Source: a virus
Virus genome (UHGV): UHGV-0011871
Direction: 5' to 3' (one strand)
Length of the DNA stretch: 61,028 nt
Program-made: the position numbers and the translations under genes
In this document: positions 55,360-61,028 of the stretch, in pieces
Numbering within the stretch: the first letter of the stretch is position 1
Layout of the letters: the number at the start of each line of letters is the position of its first letter
Notes under the pieces: generated by a model
What the model was told of the DNA's origin: nothing
The model's database searches: none
Seen by the model: the letters and a program-made list of their open reading frames with translations, nothing else

Positions 55360-56144
55360 TTCCTACGCCCCCTCTTTGATTCGCCTGTAAAGTGGAAGTC
55401 CTGCGTCATGTCCTTAATCCGATCGGCTAACCGTTCTTCACCGAATACTTCCGGCAGTTCATCCAATGACAGGTTCGACGTGTAAATCGTAGGCAATTCG
55501 TTCGTCACTCGATAGTTAATAACGCTATGCAGGTCACTTCGAAATCCATCGGTTGTCGACCGTGTACCTACGTCGTCTATGACTACGAACGGAGTATGCT
55601 TCGCCTTCTCAATCGCTTGGTAGTATTTCTGAGCCGCAGGTTCCCCGATATGGTCAGGCACCTTCGGTCTGTTAAACGTCGTGTAGTCCGTCTGCAATGC
55701 GTTTGCATCTAGGAAGAAGCCTGGACGTTGCATCGGCGTTATCTTCCGTTTAAGGTGACCGATGTAACTGCGGAGAATCCATTCGTTTAGCAACGCACTA
55801 GCCGTCGTTGTCTTGCCCGTTCCAGGCGACTCAGACCACAAGTACAGCGATTTAATTTGTATTTCATCGTCTGACTGCCCTTGCTCCCGTAACTCCTCGA
55901 TTACATCGTCGAATTGCTTATCGAACGACTTTACGTAAGTTTCCAATGCCTTATATGTCTTTGCCTGCGATTCCCTGACGGGAGAGTCAGCGAGTAGAAC
56001 CCCGTGATAGTCCTTCGGGATTCCGGCTGCTCCTACCCGTCCGCCTTTGCCGTTGACACCGTGGAGTCCGATGTACAACGGGTTCATAGGTGAACATAAA
56101 TCCTTGCCGTTTAGGTTACGCAATACGCATTTCTTTTGGCTCAT
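55356..56144 (-). CDS. DnaC/DnaI-like helicase loader (AAA+)
   Basis: Walker A 'SPGTGKTTTASAL'; Walker B 'FVVIDDVG'. Confidence 0.65.
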   Translation of the reverse strand: MSQKKCVLRNLNGKDLCSPMNPLYIGLHGVNGKGGRVGAAGIPKDYHGVLLADSPVRESQAKTYKALETYVKSFDKQFDDVIEELREQGQSDDEIQIKSLYLWSESPGTGKTTTASALLNEWILRSYIGHLKRKITPMQRPGFFLDANALQTDYTTFNRPKVPDHIGEPAAQKYYQAIEKAKHTPFVVIDDVGTRSTTDGFRSDLHSVINYRVTNELPTIYTSNLSLDELPEVFGEERLADRIKDMTQDFHFTGESKRGRRK

Positions 56145-56162
56145 TCCGTAGCCACCTTTCGT

Positions 56163-57119
56163 TTAGTATCGTGCCGAATCGTCTAATACTACTAAGAAGT
56201 TGCTTGGATTAGATAGGTTGGCACTCGCCTTGAATCCGGCATCGTCAATATGGCACTTGACGCACGTCAGGTTACTATTCACCTTATCTAATCGATCAAC
56301 TCGATAGTTTACTTTTCCATGCCACGCATCATACTCAGGGAACGTGATTATATCGCCTACTTGAAAGCCCGTAGGTTTTGGTGCGTTTAGCAGATACTCC
56401 GGTACTTCCTTGCCCAATGCTCGGTACAATGCGATAGCCTTGCCGATGTGCTCGTTAAAGCAATCCGTCGGGTCACACTTAGCAATACCTTTTCCTCGTA
56501 TCTTGTTCGTATTAATTCCTCGCATGAGAGCGACTACTACTCTCTTTTCACGGTTGACGATGAACTCGACTTTAGTGACGTGGACTGAATGTATTTCTAC
56601 ATCGAATGGAATCCGGTAATACCCGTCAATGCCCTTCAATCCTTCGATAGCTAATTTCGCCTGCTTAACTACCACGTCTCGACTGTACTGCGGACTATCG
56701 CTTTTCGGCGGACTAATACTTTCTTGCTGTATCGTACCTTCTTCGAGCCTACGTTTCAGTTCCGCAAGTAACTCGTCATTGTTAACGGATGCTAGCGAAG
56801 ATGTCTCCGGTTCTTTCAAGTGACCGATACCTTTCAGTCCGTCTTCTCCGATTAAGAATTGATCGCCTTGCAGCGTTTCACATACGTAGACTGTATCGTA
56901 CTGGGTTCCGTGATTCCCTTTCGCTAGGACTCTCACCATCTTACCCTCTAAGTCGTAAGCATTGACAGTATCGTTATTGAAGAATCCCTCCGACGCTGCG
57001 TTCGGATATCCGGCTACTTCTGCGAATTTAGTGTACGATGAGTATTGCTGACCTCCGTCGATTACCGTTGCCGTTAGTCCCAGGTGCTCCAAGTTTTCCA
57101 CACGAATTTTTCTAGCCAT
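56163..57119 (-). CDS. hypothetical replication-module protein
   Basis: 318 aa, between the replisome organiser and the loader. Confidence 0.4.
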   Translation of the reverse strand: MARKIRVENLEHLGLTATVIDGGQQYSSYTKFAEVAGYPNAASEGFFNNDTVNAYDLEGKMVRVLAKGNHGTQYDTVYVCETLQGDQFLIGEDGLKGIGHLKEPETSSLASVNNDELLAELKRRLEEGTIQQESISPPKSDSPQYSRDVVVKQAKLAIEGLKGIDGYYRIPFDVEIHSVHVTKVEFIVNREKRVVVALMRGINTNKIRGKGIAKCDPTDCFNEHIGKAIALYRALGKEVPEYLLNAPKPTGFQVGDIITFPEYDAWHGKVNYRVDRLDKVNSNLTCVKCHIDDAGFKASANLSNPSNFLVVLDDSARY

Positions 57120-57155
57120 TTAACATCGCTCCATTTCGTTTAATTTTCGTTTTCC

Positions 57156-57539
57156 CTACCGTTGACTCTCGACATCCAGTAACGCTCGTATTTCCCCGTT
57201 AAAATCACGGATTTCATCGAGTAATTCCTTTAAAGTAGTCGCCTCACTGTCCCGAACCTTCTGCTCTCCGATCGACACGATGGCTTTCGCTACCGTTGAA
57301 TGATACGATACCTCTCGCCAACTTTCCCGAGGTGACGGGTCTGCCCCTTTCTCTTCAAGCTGTTTCCAGTTAGGAGATTTCGTCGGGTCGGTCATATACA
57401 TTCTCTCGACTATTACGTTTCGAGTATCGGACTTGATGCGGAACTCTTCACTTACTTGTATCAACATCATCCATCGCTCCATTTCGTTTAATTTTCGTTT
57501 ATAATCGGCACACTTACCTACGGAAGCCATCCGTCCCAT
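57156..57539 (-). CDS. hypothetical protein
   Basis: 127-aa ORF. Confidence 0.35.
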   Translation of the reverse strand: MGRMASVGKCADYKRKLNEMERWMMLIQVSEEFRIKSDTRNVIVERMYMTDPTKSPNWKQLEEKGADPSPRESWREVSYHSTVAKAIVSIGEQKVRDSEATTLKELLDEIRDFNGEIRALLDVESQR

Positions 57540-57721
57540 TCCATCGGTTTATCAATCGTAACTTTGATGGTCTTAGTGTGCGTTACTTCCTTTTTGGTTA
57601 CCGCATGTCTCAGCGATTGCACTTCGGCTCGGAGCATGGAGACTTCGAACTGAGTGTCTTCCAGTTCTCGAATAATTTTCCGAAGTTTCACGGAGTCAGT
57701 ACCCCTCCTTTTCCAAAACAC
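57518..57721 (-). CDS. hypothetical coiled-coil protein
   Basis: 67-aa ORF. Confidence 0.3.
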   Translation of the reverse strand: MFWKRRGTDSVKLRKIIRELEDTQFEVSMLRAEVQSLRHAVTKKEVTHTKTIKVTIDKPMEWDGWLP

Positions 57722-57742
57722 TTTACCGCCTCCATTTCGTTT

Positions 57743-58141
57743 TTAGAACCACCCCTCGTCTACTTCGGTTTCTTCGGCTTGCTTTGCAGCTTCCTCACGT
57801 TTCTTCTGTTTGCGTAACTCCACCTCGGCCCGTGCCATGTTATCTCGCATATATGACCACATGAAGCCGAATGACAACGTCGGGAAGTCGGGATTAAAGC
57901 GATGCGAGTCGAAGCACTTGTCGATGAACGCTTTAGTCGCTTCGTTGCCGTGCTTTGTAATCGCCTGCTTTAGCTGCCCTTTTTCGGTTGACCATCGTTT
58001 GCTTATCGAACCTCTTCCGAATGGCACGTAATCTGCGTTGTAATCTTCACGGTTGCGGTCGATCAGGTAAGCGTGGAATGTAGTTACGTTCCAATCTTCG
58101 ACTGCCCTCGCTTTCCAATCGCTTGCTTTCGTTCTTGGCAT
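57743..58141 (-). CDS. hypothetical protein
   Basis: 132-aa ORF. Confidence 0.4.
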   Translation of the reverse strand: MPRTKASDWKARAVEDWNVTTFHAYLIDRNREDYNADYVPFGRGSISKRWSTEKGQLKQAITKHGNEATKAFIDKCFDSHRFNPDFPTLSFGFMWSYMRDNMARAEVELRKQKKREEAAKQAEETEVDEGWF

Positions 58142-58506
58142 TACTTAGTCGCCCCCTTGATAACGTCCATGATTTCTTTGATAGCGTAATACTCAGGATT
58201 CATTACTTTCATGATTGCGTCTCCCACATCGACAAAAGCGAATACACTAACGAATATTAAAACTATACATCCGATAACCGCAACGTAGTTGGCTATACAC
58301 TCGTAATCAAAGTCGGATTTCTTTACAGCGACACCTACGACAATTCCGAGGACTAAATATACGACTCCGAACATAATCAGCGTTGTAACTCCTTCGGCTA
58401 CCTGCTGTCTGACGAGTATCCCGTAAACATGCTCCGCAGCTACGCCCAGGCTTGACGCTAGTGTCTCGATGTACTCCGTTGCTTTTTCGTATACCTTCTC
58501 TTTCAT
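58141..58506 (-). CDS. membrane protein (3 TM)
   Basis: Hydrophobic helices. Confidence 0.4.
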   Translation of the reverse strand: MKEKVYEKATEYIETLASSLGVAAEHVYGILVRQQVAEGVTTLIMFGVVYLVLGIVVGVAVKKSDFDYECIANYVAVIGCIVLIFVSVFAFVDVGDAIMKVMNPEYYAIKEIMDVIKGATK

Positions 58507-58886
58507 TATGCGTTCACCCCTTCGATCTTCATTCCGAGTGCATCGATGGTTCTCTCTATCCCACGACTAACTCCTCGGTAGTAAGGAACATTGTTACTTC
58601 CGAAGTCCGACATCATATATTCCCTACTTATTTCCTTATATAATGCTTGCACCCTTTCCTCCGGCGACTTCTCGATTTCATATCCGACATACAATGCGGT
58701 AATGAAATCATCGAGAGGTATATCGGATGCTGCTCGTAACTCGGGGTCACTCCATCCGCCTTTTACGTGCTCCGTAACTAGCGTAGACCTAGTTACCTCG
58801 ATGTCTTCGTCTGTCCATATATAAAGCAGTTCATCGAGTGCCTTCGCCTGGCTCCGGTCTAATGTAACTTTTCCTATTTTCCCCAT
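58506..58886 (-). CDS. hypothetical protein
   Basis: 126-aa ORF. Confidence 0.4.
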   Translation of the reverse strand: MGKIGKVTLDRSQAKALDELLYIWTDEDIEVTRSTLVTEHVKGGWSDPELRAASDIPLDDFITALYVGYEIEKSPEERVQALYKEISREYMMSDFGSNNVPYYRGVSRGIERTIDALGMKIEGVNA

Positions 58887-59011
58887 TCTTCGCTTCCTCC
58901 TTTAAATGTAACTGTTAGGTTACGTGCATCCATAATTTCTTTTACGTCCTCTTCACAAATGCCTGCCGAGCGAATCGCTTCAAAAAAGTCCTCTAATGCG
59001 TCTACCTTCAT
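58876..59011 (-). CDS. hypothetical small protein (45 aa)
   Basis: RBS (AAGGAGGA). Not in the ORF track. Uses the duplicated RBS cassette. Confidence 0.25.
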
Positions 59012-59171
59012 TCTTCGCTTCCTCCTTTATATTCGGTAGAATTGTTTGCGTATATCTATTTGCATGTTCTTGCGTAAGCAAGGTTATGCGTGAGTGTTAA
59101 CGAACTGCCCGTAAAGGTTTTTAAAGTCTAGTTAAGTAAGTATAGTTAATACAGTTTAGTTCGTCTTCACC

Positions 59172-59546
59172 TCATGCAGTACCCTCTTCATACTGTGAAG
59201 TACCTACTTCATCGATTGCAGTACCCTCTACGAACCATTTCGGCGGTTCATACAGTTCGTACTCATTCGATAGGTTACGAGTGCCTTTCTTCCTGACCGT
59301 AACTCCGATCAGTTCTAACTCCTGTAATCGCTTTAGTGCTGCCCGTACTGAGTTTTCCGAACATCGACACTTACCGGCGATTGTCTTTACACTCGGATGC
59401 GACTTAGTTGTAGTGTTATCTGCGTACATACAAAGCGTTGCATAAACGAGTTTTTCGACTGGCTTCTCGATGTATACTTCGTCGTCCATGACGGCTCTCG
59501 TCATTCTAACGAATCGCATGTCGTCGAAGTTTATTCGCTTTTTCAC
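59172..59546 (-). CDS. winged-helix replisome-organiser-like protein (N-terminal domain)
   Basis: 'LVYATLCMYADNTTTKSHPSVKTIAGKCRCSENSVRAALKRLQELELI' resembles phage replication-initiation N-terminal domains. GTG start 6 nt after an AGGAGG. Confidence 0.45.
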   Translation of the reverse strand: MKKRINFDDMRFVRMTRAVMDDEVYIEKPVEKLVYATLCMYADNTTTKSHPSVKTIAGKCRCSENSVRAALKRLQELELIGVTVRKKGTRNLSNEYELYEPPKWFVEGTAIDEVGTSQYEEGTA

Positions 59547-59564
59547 GAGCAACCTCCTTTCGTT

Positions 59565-59612
59565 CCTTACACTTACTAATAGACCAAAATGTTCATTTCG
59601 TGGACCACGATT
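59565..59612 (-). promoter_or_regulatory. conserved phage motif, copy D
   Basis: Same motif, 5 nt from the RBS of the replisome-organiser gene. Confidence 0.45.
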
Positions 59613-59708
59613 ATGAAAAAAGTTTCAAATATTTTTAAACGGAGCCTATCTCTCGAAAGTTGTCGAATAATTCTATATAATACGAAATAAGGAAACGGAG
59701 GTGAAACT

Positions 59709-59891
59709 ATGGGAGTTTATCGGGAGGTAGTCGCTGTCTGCGACCTATGTTCGAAGAAGGAGAATTTCCACGACGCTACGAGTATTAGTGATGCGGTAGC
59801 AATCGCACCTGACCGTGGATGGGTAATTAAGAAGAAGGGTACTACGGTACAATTTACGGTGTGTCCGAAGTGCCGAAACGAAATCGCATAG
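59709..59891 (+). CDS. zinc-ribbon protein (60 aa)
   Basis: 'CDLC...CPKC'; RBS (GGAGGTG). Confidence 0.4.
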   Translation: MGVYREVVAVCDLCSKKENFHDATSISDAVAIAPDRGWVIKKKGTTVQFTVCPKCRNEIA

Positions 59892-59904
59892 CTACATAAA
59901 AAAA

Positions 59905-59940
59905 ATCGCTGACCTCGACGGGTTAGCGATCTTTTCGTTT
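59905..59940. terminator. bidirectional rho-independent terminator
   Basis: An A8 run, then hairpin 'ATCGCTGACCtcgacgGGTTAGCGAT', then 'CTTTTCGTTT', between convergent genes. Confidence 0.65.
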
Positions 59941-60997
59941 AAAACAATTTTTCAATCGGACTGAAACGCTTATGTGCGGTTGTAACATCGTCGCTGAATA
60001 AGTTAACGTAATTACGAACCATTTCCAATGAAGTATGCCCGAGCACTTTTTGAAGCGAGAATACATCGGCTCCATTTTGTACGGACATCTTGGCGAAGGT
60101 ATGCCGGAATGTATGCGGACTGCATCGGACTCCTTTTATGTCTGCCATACGTCCATACTTCGCTATTCGGTTTTGTAATTGCCGAATGGTTATCGGTGTA
60201 TTATCGACGGTTACGAACAATGCCTCGTTTGGCGTGTCGCCCCGTACGGTTATGTATTTCTTTAGTTGTCTTTTCACGGTGGACTGAATCGGCACCAATC
60301 GCTCTTTGTAGCCTTTACCGTTGATACGAATTTGTCCGTCTTCCCATCGAATATCCTTTAATGTAACTTCGACTAACTCTCGAGCACGTATGCCGGTTTC
60401 CAATAGCAATAGGATTATCGTATAATCACGGAATCCCGTAAATGTGCCCTGGTCGGGCTGCCGGAGTATGTCGTGTATCTGCTCTCGGGTGAACGTCTCT
60501 ACGACTTCCTTTTTCGCTTTGACTAGCTTCAATTCTGCCAACGGGTTTTCTCCGATCATTCCGTCTTTCTCAAGGAAATTAAAGAATGCACGGATGGCCC
60601 GAAGCCTCGTATTGATTGTCGTCTCCTTCAAGCCTAAATCATCGAGCATGTAAAGTATGACGTTTTCCCGTAGGACATCGATAGTCATTTGATTAGGTCG
60701 GGTACTCACCTTCTGAGCCTCGAGAATCCCTCGTAATGACTTCAATTCGTTCCGGTAATACTTTAGGGTATGGTCGCTCAAATTACGTGCCCTAGCGTCC
60801 TTTAGAAAGCGTGTGAGACACACGTCAAAGTCTTCGCATTGGTCGTCAATATCACGTACTTTCGCTGCCCTCGAACTCACTTTTAACGTATTACTACGCC
60901 TTGCCATCGTCGAACCAACTCCCTCTATTCGTGAAATCAGTTCGCACGATTTAATCGTACGACAAAAAACAGCCAAAACTCGAAGTTTGCCCGTCAT
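59939..60997 (-). CDS. int: tyrosine recombinase / integrase
   Basis: C-terminal catalytic region '...RHTFAKMSVQNGADVFSLQKVLGHTSLEMVRNYVNL' carries the R..H..R..Y signature. SAM-like N-terminal domain. Confidence 0.8.
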   Translation of the reverse strand: MTGKLRVLAVFCRTIKSCELISRIEGVGSTMARRSNTLKVSSRAAKVRDIDDQCEDFDVCLTRFLKDARARNLSDHTLKYYRNELKSLRGILEAQKVSTRPNQMTIDVLRENVILYMLDDLGLKETTINTRLRAIRAFFNFLEKDGMIGENPLAELKLVKAKKEVVETFTREQIHDILRQPDQGTFTGFRDYTIILLLLETGIRARELVEVTLKDIRWEDGQIRINGKGYKERLVPIQSTVKRQLKKYITVRGDTPNEALFVTVDNTPITIRQLQNRIAKYGRMADIKGVRCSPHTFRHTFAKMSVQNGADVFSLQKVLGHTSLEMVRNYVNLFSDDVTTAHKRFSPIEKLF

Positions 60998-61028
60998 GTC
61001 AACGTTTATGCGTTTTACCAGTGTCCTG

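Overview
The window reads as the genome, or most of it, of a temperate tailed phage (siphovirus-type) of a Gram-positive, S-layer-bearing host (Bacillus / Paenibacillus / Brevibacillus-like; GC roughly 47%). Its modules are laid out as follows. (i) 287-19330, minus strand: a lysis cassette and the full structural/packaging module. The lysis cassette is an SLH-domain amidase endolysin, a holin and an XhlA-like protein. The structural module includes a receptor-binding protein, Dit, a tape-measure protein, a G/GT chaperone with a -1 frameshift, the head genes, a collagen-like protein, portal, TerL and TerS. (ii) 19331-21337: a roughly 2-kb non-coding control region. It carries dispersed AACGGTTT..CGTTT repeats, four tandem near-consensus sigma-A promoters and a 520-nt leader. 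(iii) 21338-27681, plus strand: an early operon of about 18 small, mostly acidic genes. One is a recognisable ArdA-like anti-restriction DNA mimic, so the region is a probable anti-defence island. It is punctuated by extra copies of the same promoter family and by a conserved 18-nt intergenic element. (iv) 27746-59546, mostly minus strand: a DNA-metabolism and replication module. It includes a Dcm methyltransferase, HNH homing endonucleases, a ThyX-like protein, dUTPase, PhoH, a class II RNR, RuvC, a YqaJ-like exonuclease, a family-A DNA polymerase flanked by two KVGD-repeat paralogues, an SSB-like protein, a sigma factor, primase, DnaB, a DnaC-like loader and a replisome organiser. These genes are organised into at least four transcription units, each preceded by the same ~50-nt conserved motif. 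(v) 59709-61028: a zinc-ribbon gene and a tyrosine integrase, next to a probable attP region that wraps around to the window start. The structures worth follow-up are two putative promoter/operator families, the anti-defence island and several unusual proteins. All calls are made from the sequence by eye, with no database searches.
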